Below, piece after piece: positions 53,704 to 64,000 of a stretch of 64,000 bases of DNA; within the stretch, counting starts at the first letter, position 1; each line of letters begins with the position of its first letter. Location: positions 1 through 64,000 of the forward strand of contig CAVVEU010000039.1 in the NCBI GenBank assembly GCA_963747235.1. Direction: 5' to 3'. The notes below the pieces were generated by a model, which saw only the letters and a list, made by a program, of their open reading frames with translations, ran no database searches and was not told where the DNA came from. The translations under genes and the position numbers were made by a program. Source of the stretch: an uncultured Candidatus Rokubacteria bacterium. GTDB lineage: Bacteria > Methylomirabilota > Methylomirabilia > Rokubacteriales > CSP1-6.

Positions 53704-54588
53704 CTATCGGGCGGCGCCTCGCGGACGGAGGTACGCGAACCAGTACACGGCGCCCACCAGGACCGAGCCGCCGATGATGTTCCCGACCGTGACCGGCAGC
53801 AGGTTGCGGCCGAGAAAGGCAGTCCACGTGAGCGCCTGCACCTGGGGACCGAGTCCTGGGCGGGCCACGAAATCGGGATCGATGGCGGCCACGAACATCG
53901 CGTAGGGCACGAAGTACATGTTCGCGATCGAGTGCTCGAAGCCGGCCGCGACGAACGCGGTGATCGGGGGCACGATCGCGAGGATCCGGTCCGTGGTCGT
54001 TCGCGCGCTGTAGGTGAGCCAGACCGCGAGGCACACGAGCGCGTTGCAGAGGATGCCGAGGACCACGGCCTGGAAGAAGCGGGGCTGGAGCTTGGCGTGG
54101 GCGATGGCGATCGCGGCGATGCCGAACGCGCCCTCGCCCCCCCGATGCGTCCCCGCGAGGCACACCGCGAGCGCGGTGGCGGTCGCGCCGGCGAAGTTGC
54201 CCGCGAAGACGACCACCCAGTTGCGCAGCAGGGCCGCGGTGGTCACCCGGCCGCTCGCCCAGGCCATCACGACCAGATTGTTTCCGGTGAAGAGCTCCGC
54301 GCCGCCCACCACGACCAGGATGAGCCCGAGGCTGAAGGCCGCGCCCGCGAGCATCCGGACCGGCCCCCAGGGGGCCGCGCCCGCGCCGGCGAGGGCGGTG
54401 GTGGCGAACACGCCGCCCAGCGCGATGAAGGCCCCGGCGAGGACCGCGAGCGTGAAGAGGCGGGGAAGATCCAGGGCGGCCTTGCGGACCCCGATCTCTT
54501 CTGCACGCTCCGCCATCTCGGGCGGGAGCAGGGCGTCGAGTCGCGCCGCGGGACTCTCCCCGCGGTTCCCGGACTCCGGTGCGTTCAT
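53704..54588 (-). CDS. Formate/nitrite transporter (FocA-like)
   Basis: [48 protein letters not shown]. Confidence 0.93.
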   Translation of the reverse strand: MNAPESGNRGESPAARLDALLPPEMAERAEEIGVRKAALDLPRLFTLAVLAGAFIALGGVFATTALAGAGAAPWGPVRMLAGAAFSLGLILVVVGGAELFTGNNLVVMAWASGRVTTAALLRNWVVVFAGNFAGATATALAVCLAGTHRGGEGAFGIAAIAIAHAKLQPRFFQAVVLGILCNALVCLAVWLTYSARTTTDRILAIVPPITAFVAAGFEHSIANMYFVPYAMFVAAIDPDFVARPGLGPQVQALTWTAFLGRNLLPVTVGNIIGGSVLVGAVYWFAYLRPRGAAR

Positions 54589-54628
54589 GGGCTGCGGCAT
54601 CCTGTCCGTGTGTAGCATAATCGGCTCC

Positions 54629-56074
54629 ATGGCGGAGCCGGCGACGAATCAGCCGCAGTCCGCGTTTTCGGTGTTCGAGGAGGCGTTCGCCCGTGCCGCG
54701 GGGACGCCGCTCGTCACCGGCAACGAGGTGCGGCTGCTCCGGGACGCGGGCGAGAACTATCCGGCCTGGCTCGACGCCATCGCGGCGGCCCGCCGCACGA
54801 TCCACTTCGAGAGCTACATCATCCACGACGACGAGACCGGGGAGCAGTTCGCCCGCGCGTTGAAGGCGAAGGCCGCCGAGGGCGTGCGGGTGCGCCTCAT
54901 CTACGATTGGCTCGGCGCGGTGGCCAAGACGTCCCGGAGATTCTGGCGTGATCTGCGCGAGGCCGGGATCGAGGTCCGCTGCTTCAATCCGCCCGGCCTG
55001 TCGAGCCCGTTCGCCTGGATCTCCCGCGACCACCGGAAGATGCTGGCGGTGGACGGGCACGTCGCCTTCGTCACCGGGCTCTGCGTGGGGCGCGCCTGGG
55101 TCGGCGATCCGGCCCGCGGCGTCGAGCCCTGGCGCGACACCGGCATCGCGGTCCGTGGCCCCGCGGTCGCGGATCTGGAATCGGCGTTCGCCCGGATGTG
55201 GGCGCTGGCCGGCTCTCCGATCGCGGATGCGGAGCTGCCAACGCGCGAGTCGCTGGCCCCGGCGGGGGACGTCGCGGTGCGCGTCATCGCGGGCATGCCC
55301 GGAACCGCGGAGCTCTATCGGCTGGATCAGCTCATCGCGGCCGCGGCGCGCGAAACCCTCTGGCTCACCGACGCCTACTTCGTCGGCACGACCGCCTACG
55401 TGCAGTCGCTCCGCGCGGCGGCGCGTGACGGCGTGGACGTGCGCCTGCTGGTGCCCGGCGCGAGCGACATCTGGGTCCTGCGCGGCCTCTCGCGGGCGGG
55501 GTATCGCCCGCTCCTCGAGGGCGGCGTGCGCGTCTACGAGTGGAACGGTCCGATGCTCCACGCCAAGACCGCGGTCGCGGACGGGCGATGGGCCCGCGTG
55601 GGCTCGACGAATCTCAATCTCCAGTCGTGGATCGGCAACTGGGAGCTGGACGTGGCGGTGGAGGACGAGGGCTTCGCCGCGCCGGATGGAGGACATGTAC
55701 CTCGACGATCTCGGCCGCGCGACCGAGATCACGCTCACGCGCTGGCGCGCGCGTCGTGCGCACCGCGAAGCCGCCCGGGCTTCCCAGGCGGCGGCCGGGC
55801 AGCGCGGGGCGGGCCGCGGCGGGCGCGGTGAGCATCGGCAGCGCGGTGGGGGCCGCCATGACGGGCCGCCGCGTGCTGGGCCCGGCCGAGGCCCGGATCA
55901 TGGGCGGCGGCGGGGGTGGCGCTCCTGGCGCTGGGGCTGGTGGCGCTGCTCTGGCCCCGGGTGATCGCGGTGCCGCTTGCGGCGCTCGCGATCTGGCTGG
56001 CGGTGAGCCTGCTGTTCCGCGCCAGGGCCCTGCGACGCGAGCGGAGCGAGGAGCCGCGGGACACCGAGGGCTGA
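54629..56074 (+). CDS. Cardiolipin synthase-like phospholipase D with C-terminal TM helices (frameshifts after 55680)
   Basis: Two HKD motifs [10 protein letters not shown] and [10 protein letters not shown]; WRDT; VGSTNL. Confidence 0.88.
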
Positions 56075-56082
56075 GCCGCGAG

Positions 56083-58237
56083 ATCAGCCCCCCGGGGCTG
56101 TCGACCGGGAAGGTCAGCGTGAACGTGCTGCCCTTGCCGACCTCGGAGCGGACGTCCAGCGTCCCGTGGTGATCGTGCACGATGCCGTGGCTGATCGACA
56201 GACCGAGCCCGGTCCCTTCCGGCTTCGTGGTGAAGAACGGATCGAAGATCTTCGGCAGGAGGCTCGGCGGGAATCCCGGAGCCGGTATCGCGCACCGCGA
56301 GGCGCACCGAGCGGGCGGCGGCCAGATGGCTGGTCTCGATCGTGATCTCGCCGCCCTCGGGCATGGAGCCCCGGGCGTTGGTGAGCAGGTTGAGCAGCAC
56401 CTGCCCGATCGCGTTGGCGTCGGCCACGATGGTGGGCATCGTCTCGTCCAGCTTCGTCGTGACCTGGACCCGCGCCCGGCTCATGTCCTTGCGGACGAGC
56501 TGGACGATCTCCTCCGTGACCTGGTTCAGGTTCACGGGGCCGCGGGTGCCGGACGACTGGCGGGCGAAGGACAGGAGCCCCTGGGTGATCGTGGCCACCC
56601 GCCGGGCGTGGCGCAGGATGACCTCGAGGTCCTTCCGCACCTCGTCGGGGAGCCCCACTTCGTCGGCCTCGAGCATCATGACCTCGACACGCGAGGTGAT
56701 GATGCCGATGGGATTGTTGATCTCGTGGGCGATGCCGGCCGACAGGGTGCCCAGCGCGGCCAGCTTGTCGGCCTGGCGGGCGGCCTTCTGGAACGCCACC
56801 CGCTCGCTGATGTCGGTGACGAAGGCGATGGCGCGCACGCCCTCGTCGGTCTCGACGTAGCTCAGGCTCACCTCCACCGGGAACTCGGTTCCGTCCTTCT
56901 TGAGCGCGGCCAGGTCGAGCCCCCGGCCCATCGAGCGGATCCGCGGCGCCGCCATGTAGGTGCCGCGATGGGCGACGTGCCGCTCGCGGAGCGGGGCCGG
57001 GATGAGGGCCTCGACCGGCTGCCCGATCAGCTCGGCCTGCGTGTAGCCGAACATCGCCTCGGCCCTGGCGTTGACCAGCACGATGCGGCCCGCCGCATCG
57101 GTGACCACGATGCTCTCGGTCACGGAGGCGAGGAGCGCCCGGGACGTGGCCTCGCTGCGGCGCAGCGACTCCTCGGCCACCCGGCGCGCGGAGACGTCGC
57201 GCGCCACGATGGACGCGCCCACCGACCTGGTCGGCGTCGTCGCGGATCGGCGAGATCGTCATGAACACGTGGATCCGCCGCCCCGACCCCGTCATCTGCT
57301 CGGCTTCGATCCGCTCGACCCGCTGCTCCCGCAGGACGCGGGTCAGGCTGGCCGCGACCTCGTCGTTGTGCCGGTCCGGCCCCAGGATGTCGATCGGCAG
57401 GCCGGTGACCTCCTCTCCCCGATGCTCGTAGAGCCGCTCCGCGCCCGCATTCCAGGTGAGCACGCGTCCGTCGGGCCCCAGCCCGATGATCGCGTCGTCG
57501 GACGACTGGACGATCGACGTGAGCAGCGCGCTCGTCTGCTCGTACTCGACCACCTGGCTCCGCAGCGCGTCCCGGGTCGCCCGGATCTCGCCCGCGCGCC
57601 GTCGATACTCGACGAGGACGACCACGAGCAGGCCGAGCGTCACCGCGGCCAGCCCGGCCAGCCCGAGGAACACGCGGTGAGCCTGCCGCGCATACCGGGT
57701 CGATTGCTCGGCCTGGATCTGGCGCTCCTCCGCCTTCATGGTGGCGACGGCGGAGCGAATCTGCTCCATGAGCCGCAGGCCGCGTCCGGTCAGCAGGCGC
57801 TGGACCGCGACGTCGGTACGCCGCTCGCGGCCGAGCTGGACCGTGTCGCGCAGCTCGCCGAGCTTGTCCGTGACGAGCGGCTCCAGGGTGTCGACGTGCC
57901 GCCGCTGGCGCACATTCCCCTCGGTCAAGCCGCGGAGGGTCCGCAGGTGGCTCGCCGCGGAGTCGAACGCGGTGAGATACGGCGCGAGATAGCGCTCGTC
58001 GCCGGTCATCAGGAAGCCGCGCTGTCCGGTCTCGGCATCGGTCACCGCCGAGAGGACTCCATCCAGCTCACCGAGGACCTGGCCGGTCTGACGGGCCGTC
58101 TGGTACTGTTCGGTGAGATCGCGCGCGCCGAGCGCGATGACCGCAATGGCCAGCACGAGGGCGGCGGCCACGGAGAACGCAACGCTCGTGCGGTTGTGGA
58201 GAAGCCAGGGGAGCACGCCGCTGGGCGGTTGAGCCAT
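56083..58237 (-). CDS. Sensor histidine kinase CHASE3-PAS-PAS-HisKA-HATPase, NtrB/AtoS-type (frameshifts near 57225 and 56265)
   Basis: [66 protein letters not shown]. Confidence 0.9.
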
Positions 58238-58279
58238 GCCGGCTGCATTGTCGGCCAGGAGCGCGGTGCCTTCAAGGTC

Positions 58280-58384
58280 TGGGGCGGCGGCGCCTCAGCG
58301 GGGCACGGCTGCCGCGCGAGGCGGCCGGGTCCAGTGCTGTAACGGGTTGAATGTATGGCAATTCTAGCTGGCACCTCGGTTGCA
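58280..58384 (+). promoter_or_regulatory. Sigma-54 promoter module P13
   Basis: UAS TGGGGCGGCGGCGCCTCA 58280-58297 and CGGGGCACGGCTGCCGCG 58299-58316; IHF-like (minus ATTCAACCCGTTA) 58340-58352; TGGCAC-CTCGG-TTGCA 58369-58384. Confidence 0.92.
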
Positions 58385-58408
58385 ATTCTGCCCCGCCAGG
58401 AGGCGCAC

Positions 58409-58849
58409 ATGTTCTATCGCATCGTGGTGGCGACGGACTTCTCGGATTGCGCGAAGGACGCGTTGGAACTGGCCAAGCGGCTCGCGGCGGCCCCGGGTAG
58501 CGAGTTGATCCTGACGCATGTGCTGACCGAGGTGCCCCTGTACGGGGAGGGGATCCTCAATATCGAGACCGCGCGCCAGGTCCGGGACGGCGCCCGCAAG
58601 TGGGCGGAGGCTGCTCTGGAGGAACTGGTGAGCAAGGCGCGCGGGGCGGGGCTCGGCGCCCGGGCGGCGATCCGCACGGGGGTTCCTCATCAGGAGATCG
58701 TGGCGCTGGCCGGGGACGAGCGGGCCGACCTCATCGTGATCGGCACCCATGGCCGCGGTGGGATCGCCCGCGCGCTCCTGGGCAGCGTGGCCGACCGCGT
58801 CGTGCGGCTCGCGCCGTGCCCCGTGCTCACGGTTCGCGAGCCGGCTTGA
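58409..58849 (+). CDS. Universal stress protein
   Basis: VATDFS..LIVIGTHGRGG..LGSVAD..CPVLTV. Confidence 0.93.
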   Translation: MFYRIVVATDFSDCAKDALELAKRLAAAPGSELILTHVLTEVPLYGEGILNIETARQVRDGARKWAEAALEELVSKARGAGLGARAAIRTGVPHQEIVALAGDERADLIVIGTHGRGGIARALLGSVADRVVRLAPCPVLTVREPA

Positions 58850-58859
58850 GTCGCCGGCG

Positions 58860-59282
58860 ATGCGGACCGAGGTGAAAGGGGCGGGCGGATCGGTCGGCGA
58901 CTGGATGAGCAAGGCGCCGATGGCGGTCCGCGAGGACACACCGATCCGGGACGCGGTGTCGCTCATGCAGGGCGCCGAGGTGCGCCACCTCCTAGTCCGG
59001 GACGGCCCGGTGCTGACGGGCATCCTCTCCAGCCGGGACCTGGGGCGTCTCGTCACGCGCGATCTGGGTTCGCCTCTTCTGGCCGGTCCGGTCGGGTCCA
59101 TCATGAGCGAGGGCCCGGTGAGCGTGGCGCCCGAGACGCCGCTGGTCACCGCGGCGCGGCTGCTGCTCGAGCAGCGGATCGGCGCCCTGCCGGTCCGTGA
59201 CGGCGAGCGGATCGTCGGGATCTTCACGGTGCCCGACGCGCTCGAGGCGCTCCTCGCGATCGCCGAGGCCTCGGGCGCGTGA
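58860..59282 (+). CDS. CBS-pair protein
   Basis: VRHLLV..GILSSRDL; IGALPV..GIFTVPD. Confidence 0.88.
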   Translation: MRTEVKGAGGSVGDWMSKAPMAVREDTPIRDAVSLMQGAEVRHLLVRDGPVLTGILSSRDLGRLVTRDLGSPLLAGPVGSIMSEGPVSVAPETPLVTAARLLLEQRIGALPVRDGERIVGIFTVPDALEALLAIAEASGA

Positions 59283-61373
59283 GCGGCCGCTCGCTCGCTC
59301 CGTTCCTCGATCCCGCCAGCGTGGCGGTGATCGGCGCGTCCCGCGATCCGTTCAAGGTGGGCGGCAGCGTCGTGGCCAACCTGCGCTCGGCGGGCTTTCG
59401 CGGGCGGATCATCCCGATCAACGCCCGCGCGGACTCGGTGCAGGGCCTGCCCGCGCTGCGCTCGCTCCTCGACGTCGAGGGCCCGGTGGACCTCGCGGTG
59501 ATCGCGGTGCCCGCCGCGGACGTCTTGCCCGCGCTCAAGCAGTGCGCGGCCAAGCAGGTCGGGGGCGCGGTGGTGATCTCGGCCGGCTTCCGGGAGACCG
59601 GCGGCGACGGCGTGCGGCGCGAGGCCGAGCTGCGCGAGTGGCTGCGCGACCAGCCGATCCGGGTGCTCGGCCCCAATTGCCTCGGCTGGATCCGGCCGAC
59701 CCGCCGGCTCAACGTCACGTTCGCGCCCGGGATGCCCGAGCCGGGCGGCATCGCCTTCATCACCCACTCGGGCGCGCTGGCGGTGGCGATCCTGGACTGG
59801 TCGCGCGACCGCCGGGTCGGCTTCTCGCTCTTCGCCTCGCTCGGCAACCAGGCCGACCTGAACGAGAGCGATCTCCTCGATGCGGTGGCCGCCGATCCGG
59901 AGACCCGGGTGATCGCCTGCTACCTCGAAGGCGTCGCCGACGGCCGGCGCTTCCTCGGCGCCCTTCGCCGCGCGGCCGCCGTGAAGCCGGTCGTGCTCCT
60001 GAAGGCGGGCCGCTCCGCGGAGGGGGCGCGCGCCGTGTCGTCCCATACCGGCGCGCTCGCGGGCTCCGATCGGGCGTTCGACGCGGCCGTCCGGCAGGCG
60101 GGCGCGCTCCGGGTGGACACGGTGGAGGGGCTGTTCGACATCGCGCGCGGCCTGGCCAGCCAGCCGCTGCCGCGCGGCCGTCGCCTGGTCGTGGTGACCA
60201 ACGGCGGCGGGCTCGGCATCGTGGCCACCGACGCGGCGCGGGCCGCCGGCCTCACCGTCGCGCCGCTCGACGAGGCCGTCCGCGCGCGCCTGGCCGAGGG
60301 CCTGCCCGCCACCGCGGGGCTCGGCAACCCGGTGGACCTGGTGGGGGACGCCGACGCGCGCCGTTACGGCCACGCGCTGCACACCCTCGGGAGCGACAGC
60401 GCCGACGCGATGCTGGTGCTCCTCACGCCGCAGGCCGCGACCGACGCCGCGAGCATCGCCCGCACGATCGCGGGCGCGACGCGCGGCTGGCCCATCCCGG
60501 TCGCGGCCGCCTTCGTGGGCGGGACGCGCGTGGCGCCGGGGGTGCGGGTGCTCGAGGAAGCCGGCATCCCGTGCTATGCCTTCCCCGAGTCGGCGGTCGA
60601 GACGCTGGCCGGAATGGCGCGGCTGGCGTCGCGACGGGCCGGCCTGGCCGTGCCCCCCACGCGCACGGTCGACCCGGCCCGCGCGCGCGTCTGGCTGGCG
60701 GGGCTCGGCCCCGTGGCGGGGCGGCAGCTCGGCATGCCGGAGCTGGCTCCGCTGCTCGACGCCTACGGCATCCCGCGGCTCGCCGCGCGCGTGGCGGCGG
60801 GCGCCGCCGACGCCGCGGCCGTCGCGGAGGAGATCGGGTTCCCGGTCGCGCTCAAGATCGTGTCGCCGGACATCACGCACAAGACGGAGGTGGGCGGCGT
60901 GGCCCTGGGGCTCCGGGACGCTCGCGCCGTGCGCGAAGCCGCCGAGGCCATGCTCCGACGGGTCGCGATCGAGCGGCCGGCGGCGGCGATCCGGGGGCTC
61001 CTGGTCGAGACCATGGCCGCCGCCGGGAAGGAGCTCCTGCTGGGCGGCGTGCGCGACGATCAGTTCGGGCCCCTCGTGATGGTCGGGTTCGGCGGGATCT
61101 ACGTCGAGGTCTTCTCGGATACCACGGCGCGCCTCGCTCCGGTATCCTCGGTCCGAGGCCCTGGCGATGCTCGACGAGCTCAAGATGGCGCCGCTGCTTC
61201 GCGGCACGCGGGGCGAGCCGCCGGTGGATCGTGACGCGCTGGCCGCGGTCGTCGGCCGCTTCTCGCAGCTCCTGGTGGATCTCCCCGAGCTGGCGGAGAT
61301 CGAGATCAACCCCTTGACGGTCGGGCCCTCCGGCGCGGTGGCGGTGGACGCGCGGGCCCGGCTCAGCCGATAG
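59279..61373 (+). CDS. ADP-forming acetate--CoA ligase (fused alpha/beta), frameshift near 61150
   Basis: VAVIGAS, LGPNCLG, SHTGALAGS, TNGGG, NPVDL, HKTEVGGV, EIEINPL, VDAR. Confidence 0.9.
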
Positions 61374-61382
61374 GAGGCACGG

Positions 61383-61517
61383 ATGGGCATCCGGAAGAGC
61401 ATGGGCAAGAACAAGAAGTCGAAGAAGCGGACGGAGGCGGTGGCGGTCAAGCGGGACGAGATCCAGCGCAAGGCGGCGATGGACCGCAGCAAGCGCCGCC
61501 CGCAGGGGATGAGGTAG
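61383..61517 (+). CDS. 44-aa highly basic microprotein
   Basis: AGGAGG RBS; MGIRKSMGKNKKSKKRTEAVAVKRDEIQRKAAMDRSKRRPQGMR. Confidence 0.7.
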   Translation: MGIRKSMGKNKKSKKRTEAVAVKRDEIQRKAAMDRSKRRPQGMR

Positions 61518-61524
61518 CCGCGCG

Positions 61525-61993
61525 GTGGCCGCTCGAGACGGGCTTTCGCCGCGTCGTGCTGGGGATGGACGGGTCCGCGCACTCCCGGCGGGCGGTGGCC
61601 TTCCTGACCCGGATGAAGCCGCCCCGCGGCGGGCGCGTGACGGTCGTCCGCGTCGTCGAGCCGGTGCGGGTGCCGTCGATGCCGCTCGTCCCGTCCGGCA
61701 TGCGGGCGCAGATCGCGGGGCAGGCGGAGGCGGCGAACCGGAGTCTGGCCGCGGGGGCCCGCCGGCAGGTCGAGGCCGCCGCGGCCACGCTCGCCCGGGC
61801 GGGCTGGCGGACGCGCGCGGTCGTGCGCAGCGGCGTGCCGCTGGCCGAGCTGCTCGCGGCGGTGCGCGCGGAGCGGGCCGACGTGCTCGTGCTGGGCGCG
61901 CGGGGCGCCGGCGCGGTGACCCATTTCCTGCTCGGGAGCGTGGCGGAGGCCGCGCTGAAGCAGGCGCCGGTCGAGGTCCTGATCGTCAAGTGA
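61525..61993 (+). CDS. Universal stress protein (start uncertain)
   Basis: VVLGMDGS..VLVLGARG..LLGSVAE..VLIVK. Confidence 0.88.
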
Positions 61994-62018
61994 CGGGCAA
62001 TCCACGAGGAGATCGAGC

Positions 62019-62588
62019 ATGAGACTGAACGAGATCCTGTTCCCGACCGACTTCTCGCCCGCGTCGGAGGCGGCGGGACGCATCGCGCGGGAGATGGCGG
62101 TGCAGGCCGGCGCGCGCCTCCACGTGCTCCACGTGGTGCCCCCGGTCACCGATCCGTCGCTGCCCGCCGAGCACCTGGCGCGGGCCGGCCGCGCGCTGGC
62201 CGACGGGCTCCGCGTGGAGACCGCGCTGCTCAGCGGGTGGGCCGGCCGGAACATCGTGGACTACGCGCGCGAGAAGCGCATCGATCTCATCGTGGTGGGC
62301 ACCCACGGCCGGACCGGGATCAGCCACGCGATCCTCGGCAGCGTGGCCGAGACGGTGGTGCGCCTGGCGCCCTGCCTCGTGCTGACCGTGCCCGCCTCGC
62401 TCCTCGCGGAGCGGAGCGCGGTCCCCGTCGCGCCGATCGTCGCCGCGGTGTCCCCGCGTCCGTGCCTGGTGTGCGGCAAGGCGAGCGACGAGCTGATCTG
62501 CGAGGGCTGCCGGACCCGCATCCGGGGCGAGGCGCTCGAGCAGAAGCGCGACGCCGAGCGGCCCGGCCACCGGGGGCTGCCGGTATGA
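62019..62588 (+). CDS. Universal stress protein with C-terminal CxxC-x8-CxxC zinc finger
   Basis: ILFPTDFS..VGTHGRTG..GSVAE, then CLVCG..ICEGC. Confidence 0.88.
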   Translation: MRLNEILFPTDFSPASEAAGRIAREMAVQAGARLHVLHVVPPVTDPSLPAEHLARAGRALADGLRVETALLSGWAGRNIVDYAREKRIDLIVVGTHGRTGISHAILGSVAETVVRLAPCLVLTVPASLLAERSAVPVAPIVAAVSPRPCLVCGKASDELICEGCRTRIRGEALEQKRDAERPGHRGLPV

Positions 62589-62731
62589 CCGCCCCCGAGC
62601 CCCGCGAGAAGGACCGCGCGAACGCGCCGGAGGAGCATCCGAGGGGCGCGCTCGCCTTCATCCTGGTCTACCTGGTCATCATCGTGGCGTTCTGGGTCAA
62701 CACCTACCTGCGGCTCTGGATAAGGGGCTAG
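62585..62731 (+). CDS. cbaD: ba3-type cytochrome oxidase subunit IIa
   Basis: PRGALAFILVYLVIIVAFW..Y..RG directly before subunit II. Confidence 0.75.
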   Translation: MTAPEPREKDRANAPEEHPRGALAFILVYLVIIVAFWVNTYLRLWIRG

Positions 62732-62734
62732 GCC

Positions 62735-63223
62735 ATGAAGCAGGGCGCGACCGTGTATCTCTACGAGCTGGCCTGGATCCTGCCGAGCATCGCCATCCCG
62801 GTCGGCATGCTCGCGGCGCTGCTGGTCACCGCCTTCGGCGCCGGCATCCACGTGCCGAGCGTCGCGGGCCGCATCGATCCGACCCGGGTCACCGAGACCG
62901 CGCCGTTCGACCAGCCCGGCGTCGTGCAGACCGGGCCGGTGAGCTACGAGGTGCGGATGATCGGGCAGATCTGGGCCTTCACCCCGAACGAGATCCGCGT
63001 GCCGGTGGGCTCGACCGTGACCTTCGTGGCCACCAGCAAGGACGTCATCCACGGCCTCTTCATCCCGGGCGCCAACGTGAACGTCATGCTGATCCCCGGG
63101 CAGATCTCGCGCGTCACCGCGCGGTTCGATCGGGCGGGGGAGTTCTTCATGGCCTGTCACGAGTACTGCGGCATCGCGCACCACACCATGGGCGGCAAGG
63201 TCATCGTGGAGCCCCGGTCATGA
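62735..63223 (+). CDS. cbaB: ba3-type cytochrome c oxidase subunit II (CuA)
   Basis: Single TM, DVIHG, CHEYCGIAHHTM. Confidence 0.92.
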   Translation: MKQGATVYLYELAWILPSIAIPVGMLAALLVTAFGAGIHVPSVAGRIDPTRVTETAPFDQPGVVQTGPVSYEVRMIGQIWAFTPNEIRVPVGSTVTFVATSKDVIHGLFIPGANVNVMLIPGQISRVTARFDRAGEFFMACHEYCGIAHHTMGGKVIVEPRS

Positions 63224-64000
63224 GCCAGGACACCGCGAGCGATCCGGAGAAGCGGCTCACCGGCGCGCACATGCTGGTGGCCAACGTGGCCCTGCTCGGC
63301 GGCATCGTGACCGGGCTGCTGCAGGGGCTGGAGCACGCCGGCTTCGAGTTCCCGGCGAGCGAGTACTTCCTGCAGTCCGTACTACCACAGCGTGAGCATG
63401 CACGGCGTCCTCAACGTGCTGGTGTGGACCACCTTCTTCATCGCGGGCTTCCTGCCCTTCATCAGCGCGCGCGCCTACGGCATCCCGCTGGCCAGCCCGC
63501 GGCTCGGGTGGCTCACCTTCTGGCTGATGCTGGCCGGCCTGCTCATCGCGGCGGTCCCGCTGGCCGGCAACGCGGCGACGGTCATGTTCACCTTCTACGC
63601 CCCGCTCCAGGCGCACTGGGCCTTCTACGTGGGCCTCACCCTGGTGGTGGTGGGCACGTGGCTCATCACGCTGCGCCTGGCGCTGAGCCAGCGGGCGTGG
63701 CGCGCCGGGCATCCCGACGCGCGCACGCCGCTGGCCGCGTTCATGTCGCTGGTGACGATGGCGATGTGGACGCTCGCCTCGATCGGGCTGGCCGCCTCGA
63801 TGCTCTTCATGCTGATCCCGTGGTCGCTCGGGCTCGTGGCGGGGACCGACCCGCTGCTCACGCGCACGCTCTTCTGGCTCACCGGCCATCCCATCGTCTA
63901 CTTCTGGCTGCTCCCCGCGTACGTCTCCTGGTACACGCTGGTGCCGCGGCAGGCGGGCGGCCGGCTCTTCAGCGATCCGATGGCGCGGGGCTCCTTCCTG
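63220..64000 (+). CDS. cbaA: ba3-type (B-family) heme-copper oxidase subunit I, runs off window; frameshift near 63375
   Basis: HGVLNVLVWTTFF, FTFYAPL, RTLFWLTGHPIVYFWLLPAY. Confidence 0.9.
   Translation, partial: MSQDTASDPEKRLTGAHMLVANVALLGGIVTGLLQGLEHAGFEFPASEYFLQSVLPQREHARRPQRAGVDHLLHRGLPALHQRARLRHPAGQPAARVAHLLADAGRPAHRGGPAGRQRGDGHVHLLRPAPGALGLLRGPHPGGGGHVAHHAAPGAEPAGVARRASRRAHAAGRVHVAGDDGDVDARLDRAGRLDALHADPVVARARGGDRPAAHAHALLAHRPSHRLLLAAPRVRLLVHAGAAAGGRPALQRSDGAGLLP

Overview
A very GC-rich bacterial window from a diderm organism (Pal, RND pump, YcbB/YcbK). Gene content resembles Candidatus Rokubacteria/Methylomirabilota, which is an inference only. Nearly the whole 64 kb is one stress/hypoxia/dormancy island: about 8 USP and 8 CBS genes, Hsp20, GroEL, BON, an HPF-like factor next to an aeRF1-like (baeRF/Balon-like) factor, archease+RtcB, site-2 protease-CBS, two P-type ATPases, PpsA, PfkA, ADP-forming acetate-CoA ligase, TDH/Kbl, GDH, an FNT channel and a ba3-type oxidase. 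This closely parallels the mycobacterial DosR regulon. The main discovery is in the non-coding DNA. Thirteen plus-strand operons share one promoter layout: a tandem 18-bp palindrome (TGRGGC-N6-GCCYCA, copies 19-20 bp apart), usually an IHF-like site 22-24 bp further on, then a sigma-54 -24/-12 box (TGGCAC-N5-TTGCW). Spacings fall into two classes one helical turn apart, and a 14th sigma-54 box points the opposite way. An IHF/HU gene and an NtrB-type sensor kinase lie inside the island, but the enhancer-binding activator is not in this window. Many genes carry clean internal deletions (decay), and several carry single-base frameshifts that look like sequencing errors. No rRNA, tRNA, CRISPR array or transposase was seen.
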